DNA of 64,000 nt from Klebsormidium nitens (Eukaryota > Plantae > Klebsormidiophyceae): positions 1 through 64,000 of the forward strand of contig DF236994.1 in the NCBI GenBank assembly GCA_000708835.1. The letters run 5' to 3'. Numbering within the stretch: position 1 is the first letter of the stretch; each line of letters opens with the position of its first letter. The notes under the pieces are model-generated. The model ran no database searches. It saw only the letters and a list, made by a program, of their open reading frames with translations, and was not told where the DNA came from. Of the stretch, positions 32,818 through 44,776 are shown piece by piece. Both the position numbers and the translations under genes were made by a program.

Positions 32818-35800
32818 ATGGCGGGCGGAGGTTTCAGGCTCCTCCATTTGGTGCGCCCTTTCCTGTCTGTGCTGCCCGAGGTGCAGTCGGCGGATCGTAG
32901 GGTGCCATTCAAGGAGAAGATGCTCTACACAGGGATCGCCCTGTTTGTCTTCCTCGTCTGCAGCCAGCTCCCCCTGTACGGGATCCATAGCGCCACCGGA
33001 TCTGATCCGTTCTACTGGCTGCGCGTCATTCTCGCCTCAAACAGGGGGACGTGCATGGAGCTTGGGATTACCCCAATTGTGACTTCAGGGCTGATTGTGC
33101 AGCTATTACATGGCTCTAAGATCATTGAGGTGGACAACAGTGTGAAGGAGGATCGAGCACTCCTGTGAGTGATTGTGCTCCTATTTTCGTAAGGGTATAG
33201 CTCATTTGGCTTGCTTCGTGCAATTTGCAGCACCTTTCTGATTTAAGTGATTACCTTCTTAGCTCTTTGTAAGCCATTGATTCGTTGCCTGCGCAAAGTG
33301 CACACTGAAAGTTGCTCACAAACAAGTTGGAAAAAGGGTGAGGGCTACTGGTGTTCTGCTGGTTCTTTGAAAGTGGCACTGATTCATTCCTTCTTGTAAC
33401 TGCAGCACTGGAGCTCAGAAACTGTTGGGAGTCTTGATTACCATTGGGGAGGCAGTCGCCTACGTCCTGTCCGGCATGTATGGGGATGTGCGGGATCTTG
33501 GCGCAGGGAACGCCATCTTGATCATTGTCCAGCTCTTCTTCGCCGGAATCATCGTGATCTGCCTGGATGAGCTGCTGCAAAAGGGTTACGGCCTTGGCTC
33601 AGGAATCTCACTCTTCATCGCCACAAACATCTGGTAAGTGTGCCGCGTGCTTGAGATGGAGCTAGTCCTAGGGTTTTGGATGGTGCTGCAATGCAAGTGC
33701 TCCTCTTTTTGAGTGGATTTCTCCAAAGAAGACAGGGAGAAGTAGAGTAAGCAAACAAGCGAGTAGGAACTGCTCTTCGTGCCTGAATAAGGTTTGAGCT
33801 GTGCTCCACCGATCATTGCAGCGTTGACGTATGGTTCATTTTGATAGAGCAAAGTGCAAGTGTGAAGGGTCTGTCAAGGGCGCCACGCGTTCCTGTGGTG
33901 GCGCCACTCTAGGTTTTCCAGCTGTTGGTCTGCCACCAATCAAAGCCCTCTGAGCTGCATCTGAGCAGACACCTATGATTTGCTGCTTTGCAAATTCACC
34001 AAAAAGCACTTCAGCATGAATGCACGGATACTTTTGCACTTCCGAAAATTTGCTGCTCTACACCTCTACAGCGAGAAGACGTTCAGCCCCACCACAATCA
34101 GTGGCGCCTAGTCTGAGGCAATTGCAAACGGACACTGGATGAGAAGTCTGCCAGGAAAGCACTCGAGCAAGAATGCACGCATGCTCTCTGCACTCGTAAG
34201 ACATGCTTCTGCTCTGCACCTCTGCAGCGAGAACATTGTGTGGAAGGCTTTCAGTCCCACCACGATCAACGCCGGCCGCGGCGCTGAGTTTGAGGGCGCC
34301 ATCATTGCGCTCTTCCACCTGCTCATCACGAGGACGGACAAGGTGCGCGCGCTCAAGGAGGCCTTCTACCGCCAGAACCTCCCCAACGTGACCAACTTGC
34401 TGGCGACGGTGCTGGTGTTCCTGATCGTGATCTACTTCCAGGTGAGGGGCAGTTGTGGTTTGGTTTTAGGCTCTGCTTTGCTATCTAGCAATTGGCATCG
34501 CATTGCTTATGTTATACTTGTGGCTGGCTGTTTTTGATTGGTAAGTGGTTTGGATTGCCAACAGAAGGTGGTGGTAAGGAATTGAATTTGGCGCGTAACA
34601 GCTTGCTAGGAAGGTGTCAGAGTTGTTACTTGGTCTGGATATGAGAATCTAGGGTTTCAAGCTGGTGGATTTCAGGAGGATTCTGTGTGAGTCACTCGCC
34701 TGTGAGTATCATGGGACATACTGCCTGCTATTCAGGCAGTTTCCAGAGCAGCAAAGGCCGGGTGCAGTTATTTTTGTTGCTCGTTAGCCCAGGATCATTG
34801 GTGCCTTGGTCCATAGAGTCCTGGCAATGGAGACACTGCTTGTCAAGCTACCTGCTCTCAGCAGACGCCTTCAAGCAATATTTTCCTGCAGCAATGAGCG
34901 AATAAAAGAGGCGACGCAAAGCTCAGCATCCATATGTCCCTCTTTTCTTGTCCTTTCTCTCCTTCCCCCTTTGCACCTGCAAGACTGGTTTTGGCCCCTT
35001 CCCTCATGTCTCCCGCAGGACTCCAAGGTGTTGACGAATTGAAAACCAAGTTTCAATCCGTGCAAGCTTTCGTCCTTGTCTTGTAGTTTCGCTTCTGATT
35101 TGAAGCTGCTGCTTCAAGTCGATCTGCGTGTTTCGCACTCACCCTAAGACTCCCTTCTTAGCACACGGTCTCCATCTCGAAAGCCTTTTCAATCGGATTC
35201 TTTGATCTCATTTCCGATTCCTTTCCGCCCCCCCTTGCAAGGCGTCAAAATGGTCCGTCCTGTGCGCTCCAAAGGGCATCCTCATTTTCATCATGTCCTA
35301 GCATTCTGTACAGTCTGCAGTTCCTTTCCCCCAGAGAATCATGATCTCAACTAAACTCCCTTTCCGCTCCCCCCCTGCAGGGCTTCAAGGTGGTCCTTCC
35401 CGTGCGCTCCAAGAGCGCGCGCGGCCAGCAGGGCAGCTACCCCATCAAGCTCTTCTACACGTCCAACATGCCCATCATCCTGCAGTCCGCGCTCGTGTCC
35501 AACCTGTACTTCATCTCTCAGCTCCTGTACAAGCGCTACCCGACCTTCTTCCTTGTAAACCTACTGGGCAAATGGCAGGAGCACGAGTACTCGACCAGTG
35601 GTCAGCTCATACCTGTGGGGGGGCTCGTCTACTACTTGTCGGCTCCAACTAGGTAAGGAAGCGGAGACGGTTGTTTGAGTTCTTCACTTCTCCATGAGGG
35701 GTGGACGTTTCAGGTGTTGAGGAGTGTTTGTGTGCCTGGCTAATGAAAGAACCGGGCTGGTGATTGCTGTCGGTCTCGGTAGGGGGGATTGACCAGTTTG

Positions 35801-37180
35801 TGTTGGCTTCGTTATTCTTTGACGTCCTGTCCGGTTCTGACGTCCTGTCCGGTTCTGTAAGTCTGTTGGTCTTGCTTTTAAAGATCCCAAGAGGAAATCC
35901 AAGATGAAACTGAAGGAAAAGGAGTCTGTGCGTTTCTGAAACAAAGCACTGCCAAAGGTGGAAGCAGCGCTGCTGCTCTGCACTGTTTCGATGGTAAATC
36001 TGCATTGCCAGACTGAGCAGATTTGGGAGTCCTCCTATGTTTTGACTTGGTCGATCCGAATCTTTGTGAAGCTCTGGGGATACCGCTCAATAGCCCACTG
36101 GACTTGCTTGCCTAAAGAGGGCGTCGGAGGTCCGGTCCTACCTCAAGCGACCAAAATTTCTCGCATCAGGGCCAGCTTGGTCGCCAGAGGCACTTTTCAA
36201 GATGGAATTTGAGCCATCAGATGTAGTTTTCCTCAGGACTCAAAGGCACAAATGTACCCATGAAAGCTGACGCCCACTCAATCCAAAACCCATCAATATT
36301 TGTAATCATTGTAACTGCTGGCGCCCTCTTTGACCGTGTGACATTGGCGCCCTGTGCAGCCTGGCGGACATTGCGGTGCATCCATTCCACGCCCTCTTCT
36401 ACATCACCTTCATGTTGACGGCCTGCGCCCTGTTCTCCAAGACGTGGATTGAGGTCTCGGGCTCATCAGCGAGGGACGTCGCGAAGCAACTCAAGGTAAG
36501 CCAGGGAAGCGGGACATTCTCAGACTCTTACATATGTAGCTTGCTTGCTGTCGGCCTAAGTTTTGGTGTTTTGCCTGAGAACACCATTCAAACCCGCGTT
36601 GAGCAAGTTGTTTGCGCTGCTCTGAACTTCGAAGTGAACGCAAGTCGGGACCGGGAGCATCCCCTTCACGCATCTGGCAAGTCAGGGGAAGGATGATAAG
36701 TGTTGACGGGAGACCCCCCTAACCTGGTCCTGGCCTCCTTCGTGCACCATAACAAGCGGCACAATGTGCAGCTGTGGTCTGGAAATCCCTCTCAGCCGTA
36801 ATTTGTCCAGGGTTGGCACTAAGCTTTGCATAGGCTGCAACGCAGCTATGTGAACAATCTTAGCAGCTGCTGTAATCATGGGATACAAGCTGCGGCAATC
36901 TGCTGACTTTTCACCGTTCGCTTAATGATTGCAGGAGCAGCAGATGGTGATTCCTGGCCACCGCGAGTCCAACCTGCAAAAGGAGCTCAACCGGTACATC
37001 CCAACAGCAGCCGCGTTTGGAGGCATGTGCATTGGGGCCCTCACGGTGGTTGCTGACTTCATGGGTGCCATCGGGTCTGGCACCGGAATCCTCCTTGCCG
37101 TCACGATCATCTATCAGTACTTTGAGATGTATGAGAAAGAGAAGGCCAGCGAAGCCGGCATGTTCGGGTTCTTCGGTTGA
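32818..37180 (+). CDS. SEC61A: Protein transport protein Sec61 subunit alpha; exons 32818-33164, 33406-33633, 34228-34441, 35381-35652, 36360-36495, 36935-37180
   Basis: [34 protein letters not shown]..., [42 protein letters not shown]...[18 protein letters not shown]; all splice phases consistent. Confidence 0.97.
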
Positions 37181-38010
37181 GCAGGGGACTAAAGTCGAGG
37201 GGTCGTCCTGGTAGAACCGCCGGTCTTCAGCGGTCTAGTGCAAAAGCACTCGGGGTGCACGCTTGAAGAGAGTACCTAGTTGAGAGCCCACATTACGTGA
37301 TGGACGTGGGCACCGCTTGAGCGGTATGGATTGCGGAGCTATAATGAACGAGACCTTATCCGCCCGCTTGAAAACGGGTTGTGTGTGCCTTTTGCGCTAT
37401 TGCTTTTCAGCTGGGGATATTAGATTTTGTCCGCTGCATTTTGTTTTAAGGTTTCCTTCGAGTGCGCAATGTCATCTCTCTTGAGCGGTTGCAATTGTTT
37501 GCCAGCTATAGCAACTGTGCGCACTTTTCGAGCAAATAGACGCTCACTCATGTGCACCATGTCTGACTGCTCTACCGGCAGTTGGATTCTTCACATTGAA
37601 GGTGCTATTGGCCGTTTAACTGGTCGAGTAACTTGCGCATGTTTGCACGATCTACAATCATATGCATATACGACATGTTGGAAGCACGTACCAGTTCGGT
37701 CAGGCAGCCAGATGAGCATCACGCGCGGCAGCGGCCATTTGGCCGCAAAGAGGTCGACCTGGACCATGGATCCATGAGTAGCTAGCTCACATGCCCCAGT
37801 TGACTCCCACCGTCGACCTTCTGTGGCACTGATGCGGATGAGTTCCACAGCACATATATTCAGAGCATGTCATCATCCAGGCGCGGCGGCTATAGGCTAC
37901 GAGGAACATGAAACATTATTGTACCCGCTTAATTTACGTACTAAAGCACAGCGCTACCAACACCATGACATCATACTAACTTAGATCATGTGCATGCATG
38001 CACACCAGTC

Positions 38011-39526
38011 TATGAAGCAGCAAAAGCTAGATTCATATGACAAGCATGCCAATCTTCATGCAAGCATATGAGTCTTCTCAATTTATACGGCATGAGATAT
38101 TCCGGTTTGCCTTCCTGTCCTCAATTGAAAGCCATAGTGGACAGGTCATGTGTATCTAACAAGATAGCAGAGAAGATTCAGGTGGATTGGCATGGAAAGA
38201 AGTTGACAGCCCTTCTTTCATTGCCTACCTTGGCTCTTCTGGAATGAAATTATGGTCTATGTTTTGAGTTATAATTTGAGTCATGCATAACCCAAGAATG
38301 ATATTCAATGGAAGCATCAATTGTGTGAAGATAGTTATACAAACTAACTTGGCTGGCCTGCCGTCTTATCAAAATATGCTGTCTTTATGTGTTTGTCCAG
38401 ATTGGATGAGCACATCCGAGACTACTACTGTAGGACTGCCTATACTACCCTCTTATTGTTGAATGCTAAAGGGGGGCTGGGCCAGAATTAAGACAGAAGC
38501 AATAGAACAAAAGCATTCAATGCAACAAACTAATGATCTATCCCAGAGCATAGTCAGTCCATCTCAGCATGCACGAGTTAAACAAGTTTTCCTGCTTTAC
38601 GAAGAGCTTCCGCATTGTTAAGAATTCTGGTGCCTGGCGGATAAAGTGTCATACCTGAGAGGGGAGAGGAGAGAGAGGGAGGATGTCAGTCTTGGACCTG
38701 CGTAGAATCTTCAGAGGCTTGACCAATCAGAAATCGCAGAGAAGATCTTCCGTGAGAGCACGAGATTGTCTGAATTGGCCCAGCCCCCTTGCTTGCTTCG
38801 CTTTCTCCTTCTCTTCTGAAATCGAAACCCTAAGTAGCTAATGCTTGGGCGCTTTGCTTGCTGCTGCTGTGAGGCGGTGGCAAGGAAGTATGCTGTCTCG
38901 AAATGCAATTGTTGACTGTTTGTTTGACAATCACGAGGCTGCCTAGGCTGTGGCAAGGCCGGCTTTCAACTTCGACCGTTGAAAGCAAGTTTCACGACTT
39001 CGCGTCTGACGTGGCGCGAACTTATTGGCTGAAGGTTTGATTGATCAATTCTGACCGTAGATGACAAGTTCAGCATTCAATTTGTGAAGAAGTTGAAGGT
39101 TTTAACGTACACCTGGGCTGACGTCATCACCGCCGGGGTTTGGCGGCGCGGCCGTGTTTCCCTGACGTGCGTCCGCGTTGGCCGCTGACGTATTGGCTGA
39201 AGTGGTCGGGGCAGCGCTTTTTTTGTTGCCACGTGTTTTGGGCGTCGACTTCGCACTGGTGTCGACAGTGTTTTTGGCCAGTAGTGCGTTGAGTCCTAGA
39301 CAAGAGGATAGATGCTGTAAGGAGCTGCATAAGGCGTGTCCTTCGTCTTGATAAGGGTTTGGCTAGTAAATTCTGTGAAGTTCCCGTGAACCATCAGAAA
39401 CTTCACAGTTTAGTTAGAATAAGAGAAATTCGGAATTGAATGTGAAGGCCTTTGCGATCAGATTGCTTACGCAGTAAGCAATCTTATAGTGAAGGACATT
39501 CAGATTGAATTGAGAAATTGGGTTAT
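38011..39526. repeat. Direct repeat copy A (downstream pseudo-LTR on - strand)
   Basis: Line-by-line match to 44829-46344; identical short ORFs at 38711-38956/45529-45774 and 39127-39330/45945-46148. Confidence 0.97.
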
Positions 39527-39614
39527 TGTAACTAAAGTGTAAGGTTTCTGATGACCCGCCGCCACCCGTCCTTATGTTGCGCTGCAACGAAGGACTCATC
39601 AGAGAAGTAACTTG

Positions 39615-40913
39615 TTACGTTGTTCCGTACCCTTTGGTGAGCGCTCCTAGAATTTCGGAAGTAATCAGATTGTTGCGTTCGCATGAGTGCAACAACCTGA
39701 CGACATCTTTGGTGGTTTTGAAAAATGTTCCAGAGCTTTTTCCGGTGGAGGGCTTATTAGCCATGTTGTCCGGTTTGCTCAGCCATCTGACGTTATCAAT
39801 GGTGTAATGCCGCAGAGGGTCTTTGCGGTCGAGTTGAAATTGCGAAGAGGCATCTGTAGGCCAGAGTGGTAACGCTCCGAGAAAAAGGTCGGTGACGTAA
39901 GCAAACGAGAAAAAAGCGTATTTATCGCGCTGGCTTGCAATTTTTCCTTTAGGTAGATAAAAGCCTTTCCAACCGAATGTCAGACGAGTTGTCGCGTAAG
40001 CAGGATCGAAGTGAGTCTTGTTTATAAGAGACTCCCACTTATCATAAGCGGGGTGATCGGTGTTTTTTATTATCTCTGATCGTCCGTTTTTGTAATCTTT
40101 TAGTTTCAATGGGCAAATTTGATAAACCGGGGATTTATATTTGAGAAGACATTTATCCAGTTCGGACAGGTCGTTCTGTAAGAACATTGTGAATTGAGAG
40201 ATAAGCGGGACGGCAGGATTTTTGTAGATTTTCTGATATGAAAATCTCGTTATAAGATGGTGAATCTGTTTTGGGAGTGTTTCTCGTTGAGAAAGTCCGC
40301 CATCAATTGTAAGATTTAGGTCCGTGTTCGGTACGGAGGTTACCGCGCTGGACGCTGATTGTGTGAGAAAGAGTTTTCTGAATTTTTTGGGAGCTTTTTT
40401 CAGAACGGACGCGCGTGGTGGGCATGAACCCCCGGGTGGGAGACTGACGACAGCAGACGCGTGGGTAACTATTCCTTCCTTGGCGAAGGACGGATCGACA
40501 GGAAAGCACATGTAACATTTAAGGAAGAACGCGAGCTCGTCGTTCTCGCGATTTAATCCTAATGATTGCAATGACGACACTTCTGCGGAGAAACAGGTCC
40601 TTGGGCAATTTTCGAACAGATCGAGTAGAATATGGGAATTGTCCAATTCCCTTGGTCTACAGTACATAGTGGCAATGATGACTAGGAGACCTTCAAGAGA
40701 TTTTTCTGAAGGGGATGAGGCATTCAGATCAAACAACTGACGAGTTTTAGAAGATTTTTCAAAGACGCTCTGATAATAAGCATCAAGGAGTGGAAGTTTA
40801 CTTTCGTTGTCGTCGTGCAGCGTATGGTTCTCCGCTTGTAGCGTCCCCATGGCTGTCTGCAGTTTCCGCATGTGGTCATCCTTCTCCGTCTGGGACTTCT
40901 TGAGCTTATCCAT
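39615..40913 (-). CDS. ORF2 C-terminal part / ORF3: coiled coil plus HNH-like (beta-beta-alpha-Me) endonuclease; frame open upstream to ~41155
   Basis: HPAYDKWESL...FFSFAYVTDLFLGALP...QLDRKDPLRHYTIDNVRWLSKPDNMANK resembles the phage HNH subtype HP.Y..W...F..F...(M/L)G..P...(S/T)LDR.D...Y...N.RW....N. Recognised by eye, not by HMM. Confidence 0.7.
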   Translation of the reverse strand: MDKLKKSQTEKDDHMRKLQTAMGTLQAENHTLHDDNESKLPLLDAYYQSVFEKSSKTRQLFDLNASSPSEKSLEGLLVIIATMYCRPRELDNSHILLDLFENCPRTCFSAEVSSLQSLGLNRENDELAFFLKCYMCFPVDPSFAKEGIVTHASAVVSLPPGGSCPPRASVLKKAPKKFRKLFLTQSASSAVTSVPNTDLNLTIDGGLSQRETLPKQIHHLITRFSYQKIYKNPAVPLISQFTMFLQNDLSELDKCLLKYKSPVYQICPLKLKDYKNGRSEIIKNTDHPAYDKWESLINKTHFDPAYATTRLTFGWKGFYLPKGKIASQRDKYAFFSFAYVTDLFLGALPLWPTDASSQFQLDRKDPLRHYTIDNVRWLSKPDNMANKPSTGKSSGTFFKTTKDVVRLLHSCERNNLITSEILGALTKGYGTT

Positions 40914-40933
40914 GTCGGTTTGGAGGGCTTGGG

Positions 40934-42422
40934 TTAGGAGGGAAAGACGACGAAGTTCGTCTTCTTGACCGCGTTTTTCGTTCTCGGCGACCAGGGTTTG
41001 GAAGTTAATCGCCTGGACTGTTCCGGGGTTTGAGGGGTTCGCGGGGGCGGGGGGAGCTTCTGTGACAGCTGGCGCGGCCGCGAGCGCGAGCTCGCGGGTG
41101 CGGTCGCGGGTACGGGCGCGGGCGCGTGCTTGTCCGTTGGTGCGTCTTGTGTTGCTGGGTTATGTGCCGGTTGGGATGGGGTCATTTTCGCCTGGTTTGC
41201 CTTATCTGTTCCGGATTCTGCGGCGTCGGTTTCGCCGTACGTTCCTGGGGTAGTTTTCACTTGGGACTGCCACTCCTTGTGCTTTGCGAAGGCCTTGGAC
41301 TGTCTTACGGCTTCTCGTGCCTCCGTGTGTCCGAGCAGGCATTTACTGTCGAAAGGGCATTTCTCTTTTGGGGTATGGAAGGCGGGGCAGGGGCGCTCGG
41401 GTTTGGGCACGTGGGAAAACCTGCATTTAGGGTCTGGGCAGTGTTTTTCCTGGGCGGTGTACACACAGAGTTGTGTGAACTCCCCTTTGACCGTGGTGAA
41501 GTAAGGCATTACCGACTGCCGGTACACCGTTGGTTTCGGCGGGGTCGGCTTTTCGTAGGGTGGGTTACTCTGGGGACGTGGATTGCTGTTCCGAGGGTTT
41601 GGCTGGCGTGGGTTATTTCTGACCGGTCCTCCAGATGCGTTATCCGGGCGCGTTCTGGTCTGCTCTCCTATGTTGTTCCGTGGGGGGTACCAGTTGTCAG
41701 TGCGCTGGGGCGGATTGAACTGCTGGGAGTACGACGGGCGAGGTTGCGGGTTTTGTAACGGTGGGAATTCTGGGTTAGGTGAGTTCTGCACGGGGTAAAG
41801 CTCGACGCGGGGGTTAGGAGGTGCGGGGCTCCGGTTCCAGTTCGGCTGCCCGTGGCTGTATTGGGTTACTGGTGCAGGTCCGTACCCGTTCCAATTTGGC
41901 TCTGGTCCTGGACCCCATCTGCGTGAATCCGTTTCCCAGCTGTTTCCCGGACGTCCGTAACCGCCGTTCTGAGGGTTTGGGGGCGGGGCAGCGTGGTTCA
42001 TGGGTTGGTTCACAGATGGGGGGGTGGTTTGGGGGGGGGGATTGGGGTGGGGAAAAGTGTGGTTGGGAGTGGGCAAGTTCTGCTGGTATGGCTGTGCAGC
42101 AGGCTGAGCGTACTGCTGTGTTTGAACTGGGGGAGCGTGTTGAAACTGCCCGGGGGTGGAATACCCTTGTGGCGGAGGCGCGGCGTAGTGCGGAACCGGA
42201 TATATGGGCTGCTGAGGGGGCATGGGGCGGGGGAGGGGGAAGTTGTTGTACTGGAGCGGGCGCCGCGAGTGTCGGTGCAGGGATTGGTTGTGTGTAGACG
42301 AACGTCGGGGTGAGTTGAGGTTGAACCGGGGCCGGTTGAACTTGCTGTTGCAGCTGTTGTGGTTGGACTGCTGACGTCATCATCGTATAGCCGGGGGCGG
42401 CGTATGCGGTGTAAGGTAACAT
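40934..42422 (-). CDS. ORF2 N-terminal part: Pro/Gln-rich low-complexity region plus two CCCH zinc fingers (probable RNA-binding); +1 frameshift at ~42225-42240
   Basis: ATG 24 nt after the RT stop. C-x8-C-x4-C-x3-H (CVYTAQEKHCPDPKCRFSH) and C-x9-C-x5-C-x3-H (CPAFHTPKEKCPFDSKCLLGH) at 41327-41467. Confidence 0.7.
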
Positions 42423-42445
42423 GTTGCCTGTGTCAAAATAAGGGG

Positions 42446-44565
42446 TTAGCGGCTCGGTACTTTAAGTTTTTGATGCAAGGTGTATTGGAAGATGATTTCG
42501 AGATCCTTTTTATTACCCATTAGTCTTGGATTAAAGACTTGGGTGTTAAGGAATCTGGAGAAGGTTTGAATGAGCTCTGATTTGGGGTAGTGTTTAGCCT
42601 TGATTAGGTAGGCTGCCACGTCAGCAACATTGTCAAAGAAGGCATCAGAATGTGTGTTCAAGCGGAAGAGTCGAACGATTTCTCCGTAAAAGGATGAAAT
42701 CGACTGATGCATAGAGACGTTAGAAGCGATGTCGGGAAATCTATTAACGAAGAAGTCGTAGTCTTCTCTCTTATCATGAAGTGTGACGTGTACCTCACCA
42801 TCGAGGTCAGCGTAGATGAGAGTGTCAAGAAGTTTACATTGGATCAGTCGTTCTGGATGGGGTTTGACTTTATTTGGAACCAGACGAATGCCGGTTCCGT
42901 CAGGATAGATGTCTTTATACATTCGTTGGAAGTACTCTGCATTGATGATGCCAAAGTCATCCATAAATCGAAAAATACGATACTGAAGAGAATGGAAAGG
43001 GAATTTCTCTACCCACTTTCGTTCGTGTGAGTGGCAAGTGAGATTTGCAAGGAAACCGCTTGAATGTCCGCCTTGCGGTATACCGTTGATTTGGTGAAAG
43101 AATGCATTGCCTAAAGAGACGTACGAGTTTTTAACAAGGAAGTCTAGAATGTTTAGTATGTTCTGGATTGGGTATACGACGCCTTGACTACAGAAGTCTT
43201 TTTCACTTGGGAGAGAGTGACTGACTGGATCGAGTCCTGATTCGGAATCGAACCAGGAACCATTGTCAATTTTGTTCCCCAAGCTTGTGTTTCCAATAGC
43301 TAAGAAGAATGAGTCTGCTCCGGCAATGGAGGCAGCTCGTTTAATTTCTTCATGGAGTTGGTTGATGACGTTATCTTGGTCCATCTTTTGGTACATCGAA
43401 TCGATGTCCGATGAGACCATGTGAACAAGGCAGTCCGGGAGAGAGAGAATGATATCAAGACTGTTCTCTACGATCCAATATTTGCGAAGTTTCGTGGTTT
43501 TGAATTCTTTGGCATGGAAATCTTTAAGGGTTCGCATCACGAGCGAGAGTGCTTGTGTGAGGATCCTTTGTGGTAGGCTGAAAATTGACCTATGAGTAGC
43601 AGCGACTGGCCGCCACCCCATAGGCTTTTTATGGGGTTTTGGAAGAGTATAGAAGTATGGAAGCTCGTCGGTTTCATTCTGTAGAAGTGTGTTCAGGTGT
43701 GTGTGATGGATTAAGCCAGAGATCTGTTCTAAAAGTCGAGTGACGACAGTTTCTTTTTCACACGTGACTCGTTGATATTCTGGTGCGTTGTGTAACGCTG
43801 TTACACACTGCTTAATGTAGAGGTTTTTACAGATGATATAGTAGTTTCCTCTGCACTTATCTGCTGGTAGGATAACGTATTTTTCTAGGATTGAGTCCAA
43901 TTCAGCTTGGTGATCGATCAGTCTTCCAGGTGCTGGGAAGACCAATTGGTCAAGGTTGATTTCCCCGACTTTGTTTCTTCTCTGAAATTCGGTCACCTGG
44001 TTATCGAAGTTTTTCAAGAACTTTCTTATCCAACGGTGAGCTTGGGGGTGTCGTTTGCGAATGAAAAGTTCCTGTAGAGCAGTTTCCAGAGCTTGGCGAG
44101 CTAGTTTAGGATCTCCATTAGTAGCTTCTCTGAACATTGGACCGCGTTTGAGTCGGTCCTTGAGATCACTGGGTTTGTGATGATATTATCCAGATTTCCG
44201 CTTGCCAGGTGTCCTTGGCATCGGGATTGAGCAGAGTGTTCTTGCTGACAGTGGCAAAGTTGAGTGAATTCAGCAAATTTTGGGATTATCTGATCAATCC
44301 ATAAGTCGAAGTCAACTCCGTCCAGAGTTGCTTTGTATAAGGATTGATTCAGTTTTTGTGGTGGCTCAGGATAGAGCCATCTTATCTGAAGGTTTTCATA
44401 GGGGTTGAGGTGTTCAATCTCTGATTTGAGTTTTCGAAGATCAATCAGATTAAACCAATGGTTTACGAAAGGAATCAGAAGCCATGGTGAGTTGGGATCG
44501 GTAGGATTCCGATCAGGGTTGTAGTACAAGAGTTTATCTCTTTGAATGCATTCGAACTTACTCAT
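42446..44565 (-). CDS. ORF1: Penelope-like reverse transcriptase with N-terminal CxC linker (~706 aa if one -1 frameshift at ~44172 is corrected); no endonuclease domain recognised
   Basis: LLIPFVNHW..IDL, LCHCQQ..GHLASGNLDNIITNP/SDLKDRLKRGPMFRE, ILPADKCRGNYYIICKNLY, YFYTLPKPHKKPMGWRPV, SSDIDSMY (motif A), QINGIPQGGHSSGFLANL (B), FRFMDDF (C), LHDKREDYDFFVNRFPDIASNV (PLE thumb). Confidence 0.88.
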
Positions 44566-44776
44566 TGAGTATGCATCTGGTCAGCTTTCAACTCCGAGGT
44601 CTGGACTGACCGACCTGTGGTTGTAGGCTGTTGGCAGTCGAGAGTGATCAGAATCTTCTGTCAGAGAAGAACTCTCGAGAGGACCCCCAGTAGCTTGGAG
44701 TCTTCGTCTGAGGTAGTAGAACAGAGTCTGGGCTTGGAGAGACTTGGAGAGACTTGGAGAGAAGACTGAGTTCTAT

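Noticed and set aside
35820-35855. Exact 18-bp tandem duplication in a Sec61 intron; also a 10-mer x3 at 44731-44760
   Set aside because: Ordinary slippage-type microduplications.
39527-39614. Complete hammerhead ribozyme
   Set aside because: CTGATGA plus stem II is present on the - strand, but it is followed by GGGT rather than GAAA and stems I/III cannot be built convincingly. Kept only as a structured-RNA candidate.
44566-44776. Selenocysteine readthrough extending ORF1 to a hidden GIY-YIG domain
   Set aside because: An in-frame TGA lies 5 codons upstream of the ATG, but the upstream frame is Ser/Leu-rich low-complexity sequence ending at TAG, with no GIY-YIG motif.
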